64,000 bases of DNA from Escherichia phage teqhad, in the sequence record NC_054933.1; one strand, written 5' to 3'. Below are positions 1 through 9,636 of this stretch, piece after piece. Under the pieces are notes generated by a model, which had not been told where the DNA came from, did not search any database, and saw only the letters and a program-made list of their open reading frames with translations. A program made the translations under genes and the position numbers. The first letter of the stretch is position 1. Every line of letters begins with the position of its first letter.

Positions 1-1338
1 TTTAGGAGCTGTTCCTGCGATATATTCATGAATTGGATAAACTTTAAACTGCCCACGAATAGTCTCAGGACTAATGTTAACCTGACGAATAATGCTCGGA
101 TACAAAGACGTCAAGTCAAAACTCATAATATATCGACGAGCAATTGGTTTAGGTTCAAATACAAATGCACCCGGAAAACTCTGTTTAACGTGCGAACCTT
201 GTTGAGGAATAACCTTGTGTTCACCTTTCAATGAGTTAAAAATAATAGCATCCCAGGTTTTAATAGGACTCATTACACCAGAAAAAGGCATTTTAGCGTA
301 ATAAGACATACTTAAAACTAGATCGATAAACCCGCGAATTTTATCAATTGCTTGAACTGATTCTACGTCAATGATGTTATAACTAATGTATCGTTGATGA
401 TTAGTCTCACGAAGTTTATTAATAGGACCGTCGTATGGTAATTTACCTTTTTTGGTTTCATGTTGAGCAACTGATTCCAAAGAGAATGACGGCAAATTAG
501 TAAATGCGAATTTCTTATACAAATCTAAATAATCAAGAATAGATACGCCATCAATAGAATAAATTTCTTTGCTACCGTACATATTTTGGATAAGTTTAGA
601 TTTTACTCGACCGATTGGAGAGAAGCGTTTCATACTACGTTCACCGAGAACCATTTTAACGCGATTCATGATATACGGAACGTCAAATCCCTCAATATTC
701 CAACCAGTAAAAATAGCAGGTCGTTTCTGTTCCCAGAGATTGATATATTCCATGAGCATATCACGCTCATTATCGAATGGCATATAAATTACTCGGTCAA
801 GAATTTCTTGAGGAACTTCATCACCACCTTCACAGTCAAGCTTAGCAGCTAACTTTGCATCCCATTTTGATACTGAACCATACATTGAATTCAAAAGGTC
901 GAAAACATAAAAACGATCATCAATTGAATCGTAATGAGTGATAGCATCAATTTCATATTCAGCTTTCATTGGGTCAGGAAATTTATCACCAGTAACCTCA
1001 ATGTCACAGTTAGCTACACGAACAAATTTTCGGTCATAAACAATTTCTGAACCGTATGTATCACTGATATAAGCGAGTTTAAAATCGTTCATACCGAGAG
1101 CTTCGAGACCGATGTCTTCCATTCGTTTCATCCAATCTCGAGCATCTTTCATTGATGGAAATTTTTGAGGAGCGCAGTTTTTACCATAGATGTCTTTGTA
1201 CTTTGACTCTTCCTTACAATGCCTAAACATAGTTGGAAGATATTCTACTTCACGAGTACGTTCCTTTCCATTTTCATCAATATAACGTTCAACAATATTA
1301 TTTCCGACTGTTTCAATAGAGATATAAAATTCTTTCAT
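1..1338 (-). CDS. 43: DNA polymerase (family B), N-terminal 446 codons; partial, continues beyond window start
   Basis: Minus-strand translation from ATG at 1338-1336 reads MKEFYISIETVGNNIVERYIDENGKERT..., recognised as T4-type gp43 N-terminus; in frame to position 1. Confidence 0.95.
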   Translation of the reverse strand, partial: MKEFYISIETVGNNIVERYIDENGKERTREVEYLPTMFRHCKEESKYKDIYGKNCAPQKFPSMKDARDWMKRMEDIGLEALGMNDFKLAYISDTYGSEIVYDRKFVRVANCDIEVTGDKFPDPMKAEYEIDAITHYDSIDDRFYVFDLLNSMYGSVSKWDAKLAAKLDCEGGDEVPQEILDRVIYMPFDNERDMLMEYINLWEQKRPAIFTGWNIEGFDVPYIMNRVKMVLGERSMKRFSPIGRVKSKLIQNMYGSKEIYSIDGVSILDYLDLYKKFAFTNLPSFSLESVAQHETKKGKLPYDGPINKLRETNHQRYISYNIIDVESVQAIDKIRGFIDLVLSMSYYAKMPFSGVMSPIKTWDAIIFNSLKGEHKVIPQQGSHVKQSFPGAFVFEPKPIARRYIMSFDLTSLYPSIIRQVNISPETIRGQFKVYPIHEYIAGTAPK

Positions 1339-1385
1339 AGATATTCCTTAGTTTATAGCCCGAGTTATTAGGCTCTTGATATATT
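1339..1385 (-). promoter_or_regulatory. gene 43 translational operator (hairpin plus Shine-Dalgarno)
   Basis: Minus-strand RNA reads GAGCC-UAAUAACUC-GGGCU hairpin followed by UAAGGAAUAUCU-AUG, as in the autogenous gp43 operator. Confidence 0.7.
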
Positions 1386-1396
1386 ATACTCCAAAT

Positions 1397-1415
1397 AAGG
1401 GGCCGAAGCCCCTTT
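1397..1415 (-). terminator. UUCG-tetraloop hairpin (terminator / RNA-stability element)
   Basis: Minus-strand RNA AAGGGGC-UUCG-GCCCCUU immediately after the stop of the upstream ORF. Confidence 0.6.
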
Positions 1416-1418
1416 GCT

Positions 1419-1655
1419 TTAAATTTCTATTGTACGACGCGATATAACGGACTTGCCATCTGTATTTGTGGTTTTGATAATCGCATGAAATGCGCGTTGG
1501 CGTGGGTAAACTAATCGTTGGAATTCTTTTTGGAATTCTATTTGTTTATCTTCCGGGAGGTCAAAAACCAGTTGGGTAGAAGACAGACCATATGTTTGTT
1601 TTAGATTTTCGAATATTAGAAAAGCTTCGGTAAACTGAATCTCTGATTGTGTCAT
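1419..1655 (-). CDS. hypothetical 78-aa protein between regA and gene 43 (track ORF extends to 1706 from a non-ATG start)
   Basis: ATG at 1655-1653 preceded by UAAGG that overlaps the regA stop; MTQSEIQFTEAF...; no recognisable motif. Confidence 0.5.
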   Translation of the reverse strand: MTQSEIQFTEAFLIFENLKQTYGLSSTQLVFDLPEDKQIEFQKEFQRLVYPRQRAFHAIIKTTNTDGKSVISRRTIEI

Positions 1656-1665
1656 ATAATTTACC

Positions 1666-2034
1666 TTAATTACCAATCGTATATTTAGGAACGAGTTTCC
1701 ATTCATGTTTTTGTTTAAAAGAAATAACTCGGAAGTTATTAGTTAAATCTTTCATAAAAGTTCTTTGTCCAGGAACGATTTCAATCAGTCCCCAATCTTC
1801 TAACAGCCATGCAATCGAATCACGACGAACTTCATCTTCTTCTGTCATTTCAACTTGACGGCCATCCATACGAAGCATTTCTTTAAAATGAACGATATAG
1901 TATAGTCCTTTTTTCTGAAGAATATGACAGGACTGATACAGAACTTTATCTTTATTATTAGCAATTCCCATACGAGTCAAAGTTTCTTTTACTTTCAGAA
2001 AATCTTCAGGTTTTTTAAGAGTAATTTCAATCAT
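1666..2034 (-). CDS. regA: RegA translational repressor
   Basis: 122 aa, MIEITLKKPEDFLKVKETLTRMGIANNKDK...; synteny 62-regA-43. Confidence 0.93.
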   Translation of the reverse strand: MIEITLKKPEDFLKVKETLTRMGIANNKDKVLYQSCHILQKKGLYYIVHFKEMLRMDGRQVEMTEEDEVRRDSIAWLLEDWGLIEIVPGQRTFMKDLTNNFRVISFKQKHEWKLVPKYTIGN

Positions 2035-2035
2035 T

Positions 2036-2599
2036 TTACCATTCCAATGCTAGTTTTTTGAGTTGTTTCTGTTCTTTTACGTTCTTAGTCACTTCTTTTA
2101 AAAAATCATCCGTGACTAATCCTTTAAGTTCTTTTAATACTAAAGGTAGTTTTCCATTTTTAGTAAGAATTGATTTATAGTTAATTGCATCATTTGTGTT
2201 AACTTGATACCGCTTAGCAAGTAACTTAATAATCAATACTTCGGTGGAATCTTCAACTAGTTTTGCCCATTTACCATATCTTTTACCACGAGGAACTGCA
2301 GCCATCAGATAATTAAAATGGGCTTCATCGCTTAAACCTGATCCAATTAAATTCATAGCATATACAGCTGGCATGCACTCCGGAAATTGTGATAATGCAT
2401 TTTCAACCATGAATTTTGAATAATCTTTTTGAGCAATAGAGCATTTAGTTTTATTATTAATAGCTCCAATTATTTCAAAAAACTCATTTTCAGCTTTTTC
2501 TTTAAAAGAATCAGCAGCGGATTGGACAGCTGTCCAATCTTTTGAATACCAAGCAACTTGATGCTCGTTTAATTGAATATCATCTTCAAATAAGCTCAT
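2036..2599 (-). CDS. 62: clamp loader small subunit
   Basis: 187 aa from [22 protein letters not shown]; synteny 44-62-regA; start overlaps stop of gene 44. Confidence 0.88.
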   Translation of the reverse strand: MSLFEDDIQLNEHQVAWYSKDWTAVQSAADSFKEKAENEFFEIIGAINNKTKCSIAQKDYSKFMVENALSQFPECMPAVYAMNLIGSGLSDEAHFNYLMAAVPRGKRYGKWAKLVEDSTEVLIIKLLAKRYQVNTNDAINYKSILTKNGKLPLVLKELKGLVTDDFLKEVTKNVKEQKQLKKLALEW

Positions 2600-2600
2600 A

Positions 2601-3560
2601 TCACTTCCACTGCATTTCACATGCTAATTGAATGAAAAGATAAGCTAAATGCAATTCAGTATTAGCTGCAATACCATGATACTGATTATTTTCGCCGACA
2701 ATTTCGTACATACGAATAATACTCTGTGGAGTTACACGTGAATAGATTTCTTCGGCAAGTTTACCCACGAACCACGAATAATCGGCTGCATATTTTGGTG
2801 CTAAAGCTCTGAGTTGTTTAACATCTTTATTTTTGAGAGACTCAAGAACATCATCAATAGCACCACGATCGTTAGTAACCAGTGATAAAATACCAGCATC
2901 CAAAACACCTTTAGATGAATAACTATCGAGCTCGCCAATAGTTTTACGAAAATCAGGAAAATTCTTTTTAACCAAAGCTGCTACAACTTTCATATCAGCT
3001 ATAGCAATTCCTTCATGCTTACAGATTTCAGTCAATCGACGAATCATCTGCTTCATCATTTCAATTTTATCTTCATCGGTCGGTTGACCGAATGTAATAA
3101 CTCGACAGCGTGACTGAAGTGGTTTAATAATACCATCAATATTGTTAGCAGTAATAATAATACTACAGTTTGAACTATAAGCTTCCATAAAGGAACGAAG
3201 ATGTCGCTGAGACTCTGCTAACCCTGAGCGGTCAAATTCATCAATAACGATTACTTTTTGACGACCATCAAATGAAGCGGCGCTGGCAAAATTAGTCAAA
3301 GGACCACGAACGAAATCAATTTTACAATCTGATCCATTCACAAACATCATATCAGCATTTACATCATGACACAATGCTTTTGCTACAGTTGTTTTACCTG
3401 TTCCTGGAGAAGGAGAATGAAGAATAATATGTGGAATCTTACCTTTACTTGTAATAGATTTAAAGGTTTCTTTATCAAAGGCGGGAAGAATACATTCATC
3501 GATAGTAGATGGACGATATTTCTGTTCAAGAATGTGTTCTTTTTCATTTACGGTAATCAT
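2601..3560 (-). CDS. 44: clamp loader large subunit (AAA+ ATPase)
   Basis: 319 aa from [18 protein letters not shown]; Walker A SPGTGKTT; track start at 3575 is a TTG codon. Confidence 0.93.
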
Positions 3561-3595
3561 AATTTCCTCATTCAAGTTTTAGTGTAAATTATAAA

Positions 3596-3607
3596 GGGCC
3601 GAAGCCC
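3596..3607 (-). terminator. UUCG-tetraloop hairpin in the 45-44 intercistronic region
   Basis: Minus-strand RNA GGGC-UUCG-GCCC. Confidence 0.5.
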
Positions 3608-3611
3608 TCTA

Positions 3612-4298
3612 TTAAAAATCGTGGGTAGAATCAGCTTCAAGAGCTACTACATAATTCGCATGTTCACCTTCAAATTTAGCAGCACCTTGTTTACCTTTTG
3701 CCCAGAGCAGAAGTTTATAATTTCCTGGTTGCATTTTCATATTTGCCATATTGATAATGAAATTAAATGTATTTTCACCATCATAATCACCAAGAGTCAA
3801 AGAATATTTAACACGGGTCAGAGCAGAATCTTCTACTTTATTAAAACCGTTAATTACGATTTTACCTTCTTTTACCGTGATAGCAATTGTATCAATTTGC
3901 AGACCACGAGATACACGCAACAGCTGTTGAAGGTCTTCAGCTTTAATTTCAGTAACAACAGATGCTACCGGGAATGGAATTGGTTTATTAGGAGCAACTA
4001 CTGTACTCGGATCGGCTGCTGGCCAAAAAATTGTTGAACGAGCATCAGCAATTTTAATATTTCCATCTTCTGACTGGGAAATTTCTGCATCATCATTAAC
4101 TAGAGACAGAATACCGAGAAAACCGTTCAAATCGTAAATTGCTACATCAAAATCAATAGTGTCAGAAATATTTGCTTCCGCATAAGTTGTACCATTAACT
4201 GCACGAGTCATAATAAATTGACCTGATTTAAGCATAATACCAGAGTTAATAGTAGCGAAATTTTTAAGCAGAGCAGTAGTATCTTTAGACAGTTTCAT
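3612..4298 (-). CDS. 45: DNA polymerase sliding clamp
   Basis: 228 aa, MKLSKDTTALLKNFATINSGIMLKSGQFIMTRAVNGTTYAEANISD... recognised as gp45. Confidence 0.95.
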   Translation of the reverse strand: MKLSKDTTALLKNFATINSGIMLKSGQFIMTRAVNGTTYAEANISDTIDFDVAIYDLNGFLGILSLVNDDAEISQSEDGNIKIADARSTIFWPAADPSTVVAPNKPIPFPVASVVTEIKAEDLQQLLRVSRGLQIDTIAITVKEGKIVINGFNKVEDSALTRVKYSLTLGDYDGENTFNFIINMANMKMQPGNYKLLLWAKGKQGAAKFEGEHANYVVALEADSTHDF

Positions 4299-4353
4299 GT
4301 AATTTCCTTCAATTCAAATGAGATTTAATTTTATAACTAATTTAATAAAGCAA

Positions 4354-4743
4354 TTAACGATTAAAATCAGCCGCAATTGTTTCCGCAACAATTTGTGCAG
4401 CAACAATTAGACGTTCATCTGCATTACCGCAATAATCATCTTCAAGGCGTTCACCGCATGAAGTCATAATAAATTTAGCACCGGCGTTTAGGGATTCTGT
4501 AGTATGTTTGCGCATTAATTCAATCCATTTATTACTTACTTCACGATCGATAGCTTCATAATACGCATGACGAGCAGGTGCAGATTTAATTTTGTTCTGA
4601 ATAACTTCCATTGCATTATCAGAAAGAGACAAAACCCATGCTCGACGAATTTTATTTTGGTTTTGTGGATTTGATTCAGAACGCACGTGTTTTGGCTGAA
4701 TATCTTTTACATCAACAGTATAATTCACAGTAATTTTAGTCAT
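4354..4743 (-). CDS. rpbA: RNA polymerase binding protein A
   Basis: 129 aa; position directly downstream of gene 45. Confidence 0.85.
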
Positions 4744-4752
4744 AATACACCT

Positions 4753-4944
4753 TTAGTCATAATAATCAGTAACAGTCCAAGCTTCATTTCTATTGGACAT
4801 TATTTTTGTATATTCTGCTTTAAATGCATTCCTAAGCATAGATTCAGTAACTATATGCTCTTCATTAGAAAAATTATTTCTCAGAATATATCGTTTTATT
4901 TCAGGAAAAGTTAATAGATGCTGTCCGGTTGAATATTCTGCCAC
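4753..4944 (-). CDS. 45.2: small early protein 45.2-like
   Basis: 63 aa; synteny between rpbA and 46. Confidence 0.65.
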   Translation of the reverse strand: MAEYSTGQHLLTFPEIKRYILRNNFSNEEHIVTESMLRNAFKAEYTKIMSNRNEAWTVTDYYD

Positions 4945-4954
4945 AGTTCCTCCG

Positions 4955-4962
4955 TATAAATA
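4955..4962 (+). promoter_or_regulatory. late promoter TATAAATA (plus strand)
   Basis: Exact TATAAATA 34 bp upstream of the plus-strand HNH gene; AAGGA SD at 4986-4990. Confidence 0.55.
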
Positions 4963-4995
4963 TGTTTATCACTCGCTGTATCAAAAGGATATGTT

Positions 4996-5712
4996 ATGAA
5001 TTATAAACTAATTTATGAAAAGTTAATCTCTAATGCTAAATCTCGAAAACTTGATTGCTATACTGAATCTCATCACATTATACCACGCTGTTTAAATGGC
5101 AGCGATGATGCTTCAAACTTAGTAGAGTTAACACCAGAAGAGCACTATGTAGCTCATCAACTTTTAGTAAAAATTTATCCTTCTGAACCAAAATTAGTCT
5201 ATGCTGCTAACATGATGACAGTTTCCACGAAATACGCTAAACGCAACAATAAAACTTTCGGTTGGATTCGTCGTAAACTCTGGGAAATAGAAAAGAACAA
5301 AGAATTCTCCCAGGAGACACGAAAGAAAATGTCTGATGCAGTAGCTAATAAAGCAAGACTAACTTGTCCTCATTGCGGTAAGTCTGGATTAAGCGGGAAT
5401 ATGAATCGTTGGCATTTTGATAACTGCCCAAATCACCCTAATCCTAAAGTTAGACCACCAATGTCTAAAGAACACAGAAATAATATCTCAAACGGACTTA
5501 AAGCAATCGTTCTTGAAGAAACATCCTGCGAATTCTGCGGAATGATAGGCAAGAAATGCGTTATCGCAGCGCATAGAAATTTCTGCAAGAAAAATCCAAA
5601 TGGACGCAAGAAAACTGAAAAGACTGGTACTTGCGTCCATTGTGGTAAAGTTACCACTTTCGGAAATTTATCAAGATGGCATAATGATAACTGTAAATAT
5701 AAACCTAGCTAA
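4996..5712 (+). CDS. HNH homing endonuclease with C-terminal zinc-finger-like repeats
   Basis: 238 aa; HNH core HHIIPRCLNGSDDASNLVELTPEEHYVAH; repeated CxHCGK...RWHxDNC motifs; antisense to all flanking genes. Confidence 0.85.
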   Translation: MNYKLIYEKLISNAKSRKLDCYTESHHIIPRCLNGSDDASNLVELTPEEHYVAHQLLVKIYPSEPKLVYAANMMTVSTKYAKRNNKTFGWIRRKLWEIEKNKEFSQETRKKMSDAVANKARLTCPHCGKSGLSGNMNRWHFDNCPNHPNPKVRPPMSKEHRNNISNGLKAIVLEETSCEFCGMIGKKCVIAAHRNFCKKNPNGRKKTEKTGTCVHCGKVTTFGNLSRWHNDNCKYKPS

Positions 5713-7393
5713 TCTTAGCTAAACTAAATCTACCAACTTTTTCCATTTGAATATGCTGACCGTATTCTTGTGGGTCATGGTCTTTATGCGAAATTATGAA
5801 GAAGTTGGTATCCTTCAAACCATCTAAAATTTTAGCTACATTTTTAATACCTTCAGCATCAAATGCACCGTCATACACTTCATCAAGAAATAAACAACTT
5901 ATTTTAACACCTGAAACTTTTTCAGCAATATCACGCCAAGTAAATAAAAGAGCAATATCAATTCGTGCTTTTTCACCTTGACTGAATGAAGCATAACTAA
6001 AATCTTCACGACCACGGGATTTAATTGTCTCATTAAATTCTTCATCTAATGTAAACACATAATCCGCTTCCATTATTTTAAGATAATAATTAATCTGTTT
6101 ATTAAATAATGGAATGTACTTTTTAATAATAGCACCTTTAATACCAGAATCTTTGAGCATATCAGTCAAAATTCCTCGGTGGTATTTTTCCATTACTAAA
6201 TTAGTTTTTGTCTTAACAATTTTATCAAGTTCTTCTTGAAGCAGTGCTATTTCATCAGCATGGTCAATAAACTCAGAAGATGCTTTTTCTATAGCTGCTT
6301 TAACTTTTTTAGCTTTATCTACCGTCGTGATTAAGGATTGCTTTTTATTGCGAATATCATTTGCTAATGACTGTTGGGTTTTAATATTATCTCGGTATTC
6401 ATCAACAAGAACTTTTAAATTATCGCGATGCGTTGAAAGCTGTTCAAACGAATGCGTGCATTCAGAAACTTTATCTTTAATTTTAGAAACAACTTTATCA
6501 CCGGAACTTAATTGTGACAAACAGGTTGGACATAATCCACCTTCATGATACATATTAATGACTTTATTATACGAGTCAATTTTTGATTTAATTAAAACTG
6601 CTTCTTGACCGATTTTATTAAATGCATCAGTCGGGTCTTCGTCTAAAACAATATTAACTAATCTTTCATTAGCTTCTTCTATTTCTGATTTTAGCGTTCT
6701 AGCTTCTTTTGCCAAATCATCATACATATTTTGAAGACGAGTAAGGTTGTCACCAGACAATTTTTTCTGACGTTCAACATTATCATTATATATTTTAATT
6801 TGTTGGATAATACTATCTTTTTTAACATCAAGCACTTGGTTTTGTGAATTTAATTCACGTATTAGTGCTTTATTAAGCTTATCCATTTCAGCTAATGTTC
6901 CTACCTCAAGCAGGTCTTCCACAAGCTTTCTTCGTGCAGGGGTCGACAAACCCATGAAAGGGGTATACCCTGCTGTACCAAGGACAACAATCTGCTTGAA
7001 ACTGGCATATGACATTCCGATAAGCTGTTCAAATTCTGCTTGGAAATCTTTACTGCTGGCAGATTCATTAAGACGTGTACCGTTAACGGTGATTTCGAAA
7101 ACGTTTGGTTTTTGTCCTCTTTTGATATAGTACTTTTTCTCATCATATTCCATCCACAGTTCAACTAAAAGTTCTTTCTTATTTGTGCTGTTTATTAATT
7201 GACCTTTCTTTACATCACGAAATGGCTTGCCAAAAAGCCCAAACGTGATGGCTTCTAACATAGTAGACTTACCACCGCCATTTCGTCCAGTAATAAGAGT
7301 TTTTTGAACCTTATCTAATTGAATGTCAATAGGATTTCCACCTACTGACATTATATTTTGATACCTAACTCGGTTTAGTTTAAAATTCTTCAC
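5705..7393 (-). CDS. 46: recombination nuclease subunit (Rad50/SbcC-like ATPase)
   Basis: 562 aa; Walker A GRNGGGKST; long coiled-coil region; start codon is GTG at 7393-7391. Confidence 0.9.
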   Translation of the reverse strand: MKNFKLNRVRYQNIMSVGGNPIDIQLDKVQKTLITGRNGGGKSTMLEAITFGLFGKPFRDVKKGQLINSTNKKELLVELWMEYDEKKYYIKRGQKPNVFEITVNGTRLNESASSKDFQAEFEQLIGMSYASFKQIVVLGTAGYTPFMGLSTPARRKLVEDLLEVGTLAEMDKLNKALIRELNSQNQVLDVKKDSIIQQIKIYNDNVERQKKLSGDNLTRLQNMYDDLAKEARTLKSEIEEANERLVNIVLDEDPTDAFNKIGQEAVLIKSKIDSYNKVINMYHEGGLCPTCLSQLSSGDKVVSKIKDKVSECTHSFEQLSTHRDNLKVLVDEYRDNIKTQQSLANDIRNKKQSLITTVDKAKKVKAAIEKASSEFIDHADEIALLQEELDKIVKTKTNLVMEKYHRGILTDMLKDSGIKGAIIKKYIPLFNKQINYYLKIMEADYVFTLDEEFNETIKSRGREDFSYASFSQGEKARIDIALLFTWRDIAEKVSGVKISCLFLDEVYDGAFDAEGIKNVAKILDGLKDTNFFIISHKDHDPQEYGQHIQMEKVGRFSLAKIS

Positions 7394-7653
7394 AAAAGAT
7401 TCCTTTTAATGTATCTTTTAGACCATTCTATCATATCATCATAATCTAAAAAGTATTCATCAAATTCAGCCACGCAAACAACACCTTGTGCTGTTTTTGA
7501 TGTAATATAAATTATTCCAACATATCTAGAATCTTCTTCGGTATAATCAATATTTGCTATGAATTCATCATTAATGTCAAATGTCGAAAACTTCACAGTA
7601 TGCATCCTTAATACAAGATACAGCCATATCTTGTAATGATTTAGGTGTGTCAT
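7390..7653 (-). CDS. hypothetical small protein (46.1-like position); start uncertain
   Basis: ORF between 46 and 47; overlaps next ORF, true start probably internal. Confidence 0.45.
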   Translation of the reverse strand: MTHLNHYKIWLYLVLRMHTVKFSTFDINDEFIANIDYTEEDSRYVGIIYITSKTAQGVVCVAEFDEYFLDYDDMIEWSKRYIKRNLL

Positions 7654-7840
7654 TATCTAAAATGTTGAAGTTAAAAGATACAGCCCAGTCAGTGCAGACT
7701 GTAACCTTTTTAATACAATTATCTTCAACCTCTAGTGGTTCAAACCAATATTCAATAATTTCTTTATGCCCAATATCATCTTTTACTTCGCATTCAAAAT
7801 GCTGACTCATCATAACATTTTTAAATTCATCAAAAGTCAT
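7577..7840 (-). CDS. hypothetical small protein (46.2-like position)
   Basis: 87-aa ORF immediately downstream of gene 47. Confidence 0.5.
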   Translation of the reverse strand: MTFDEFKNVMMSQHFECEVKDDIGHKEIIEYWFEPLEVEDNCIKKVTVCTDWAVSFNFNILDNDTPKSLQDMAVSCIKDAYCEVFDI

Positions 7841-8856
7841 TGTGTTGCCTCTACATATAACTGATTTGCATATTGAATAAGTGCTTCACGGTCAGAATCA
7901 GTGATGTCTGGAATTGCATTAATGTATTCTTCCATCAACGTCTGAAGAGATTGAACTTCAACTTCTTCACTGTCATCTGACTCGACAGAGTTATCAATCT
8001 TTGACACAACTCGTAATGAATGCACAACTTTTTCTAGTTCAGATTCGAACTTCGTCAGATTTTTGTCTACTTCAGTTACTATAACACGTACTGATAGATT
8101 TGTAAAATCTTTATAGTCAATTTTTCCTTTAAACGGATAATGAATTCTACGATGCCAGGTAGTATTGTTTGGAATAAATTCCATTCGTTCTGTTTCTGTA
8201 TCAAACATCCAGAACCCACGAGGGTCATTCTCGTCACCTGCTGTTAGTGTCCATGGTGTCCCAATATATCTGACGTTAGCAGCCTCAGAGATAGTATGGA
8301 AGTGACCAGACCACACCTCTTTATAAGTCTTAAGGAAATCAGGTTCAAGACCGTGAGATTTCATTCCTTTATAAAAATAAAATCCATTCAGTTCCCAGTG
8401 ACCAACACAAAAAGAAGCAGATGAAGTTTTGATGTGTTCAAGAATTTCACCAGTATTTTCTTCGCACATCCAAGGAATCAAATCAATCAAACACCCGTCA
8501 AAATCTACTGTAGTAGGCTTATCATACACTTTAACATTATGATATTTAGCCAAAAGCTCAGTAGAGGCATTTGGATGCATTACATTTTTGTAGTGGAGAT
8601 CGTGATTTCCTACAATAGTATGTAATGTGATTCCAGCGTCATCAAGCATTTGAACTATTTCACGGGCAAACTCCATAGTTTTATGCGTGATTGCTTTTCG
8701 CACATCAAAAATATCACCATATTGAATCCATACAGTAATTCCATTTTTCTTAGAATATTCTATCGCTTGCTTAATTCCATCAATTTGAATACCGCGAATC
8801 CACTCATCATCAGCTTTAACGCCTAAATGCCAATCACCCAAGTTTAGTATTTTCAT
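7837..8856 (-). CDS. 47: recombination nuclease subunit (Mre11/SbcD-like phosphoesterase)
   Basis: 339 aa; GDWHLG and GNHD phosphoesterase motifs; ATG at 8856-8854. Confidence 0.92.
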   Translation of the reverse strand: MKILNLGDWHLGVKADDEWIRGIQIDGIKQAIEYSKKNGITVWIQYGDIFDVRKAITHKTMEFAREIVQMLDDAGITLHTIVGNHDLHYKNVMHPNASTELLAKYHNVKVYDKPTTVDFDGCLIDLIPWMCEENTGEILEHIKTSSASFCVGHWELNGFYFYKGMKSHGLEPDFLKTYKEVWSGHFHTISEAANVRYIGTPWTLTAGDENDPRGFWMFDTETERMEFIPNNTTWHRRIHYPFKGKIDYKDFTNLSVRVIVTEVDKNLTKFESELEKVVHSLRVVSKIDNSVESDDSEEVEVQSLQTLMEEYINAIPDITDSDREALIQYANQLYVEATQ

Positions 8857-9457
8857 GGTGTCTTTTCCATCCTAATTTAGCTGCTTTTGAAACCAGTTCT
8901 TTAATTTTTCCTTTTGTCCATTCAGGACCAGGAGGTTCATGACATAACATTTGCTTAACTCCGTTATTATACCATTTTTTACCTTTATTATGTGATGAAG
9001 CTTTAAATTTATTTGACCTTCCTTTTACATAACCTTCTGGAATATAAGGCAAAAAGGCAGATTTTCCTGTTAATGGATCATGTGAATGTATATTTCCTTT
9101 ACAATTATGAGAACCATATAATGGATGATTTTGTCCTTTATTATCTCTTCCAAATGAACCTTTTGGAGCAGCATATGACATATTAAAGAATAATGGATTT
9201 TTAACTGCATCATGCAATCGTTGATAATATAACTCGCATTTAATAGCTTCTTCACGCGTATCAAATTCAGCTAAAATGCATGAATCAAATAAGTGAGGAT
9301 TATCTGAAAGCTCTTTATTATAAATTTTCTTATACTTTTTAGATAAAACTGAACCATGATATCCAGCTAAATGCCTATCTAAAGACGTAGATCCAATATA
9401 AAAAGGAGGAAGTTTATCTCCACTATATATTGTTAAATAAGTTATATATTTTTTCAT
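8834..9457 (-). CDS. GIY-YIG-type (Seg-like) homing endonuclease
   Basis: 207 aa; N-terminal YITYLTIYSGDKLPPFYIGSTS matches GIY-(10 aa)-YIG spacing; NHPLYG element; lysine-rich C-terminal tail. Confidence 0.65.
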   Translation of the reverse strand: MKKYITYLTIYSGDKLPPFYIGSTSLDRHLAGYHGSVLSKKYKKIYNKELSDNPHLFDSCILAEFDTREEAIKCELYYQRLHDAVKNPLFFNMSYAAPKGSFGRDNKGQNHPLYGSHNCKGNIHSHDPLTGKSAFLPYIPEGYVKGRSNKFKASSHNKGKKWYNNGVKQMLCHEPPGPEWTKGKIKELVSKAAKLGWKRHHENTKLG

Positions 9458-9594
9458 ATATCAAGAACCGTCATTGAAATGCAAAATAAAATTATTGAAA
9501 TAAACCCATCTGGTGTGCTAAAGAACCCAATCCAACATGCTTTAGTGAATAGATAAAATGCAAGAAAAAGTATCACATATCCAAGAAATATCAT
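9454..9594 (-). CDS. small hydrophobic protein (46 aa), ATGA-coupled to the GIY-YIG gene; below track cutoff
   Basis: ATG at 9594-9592; MIFLGYVILFLAFYLFTKACWIGFFSTPDGFISIILFCISMTVLDI; stop TGA overlaps downstream ATG. Confidence 0.35.
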   Translation of the reverse strand: MIFLGYVILFLAFYLFTKACWIGFFSTPDGFISIILFCISMTVLDI

Positions 9595-9617
9595 TATATC
9601 AAACTCCGTATAAAGCT

Positions 9618-9636
9618 AAAGGGCCGAAGCCCTTTA
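9618..9636 (-). terminator. UUCG-tetraloop hairpin overlapping the a-gt stop codon
   Basis: Minus-strand RNA AAAGGGC-UUCG-GCCCUUU. Confidence 0.5.

Noticed and set aside
569-852. Plus-strand ORFs (569-787, 586-852) inside the gene 43 region
   Set aside because: They lie antisense within the well-supported DNA polymerase coding sequence and have no SD or promoter; shadow ORFs.
3366-4037. Plus-strand ORFs 3366-3587 and 3621-4037
   Set aside because: Antisense to genes 44 and 45; low-complexity translations; shadow ORFs.
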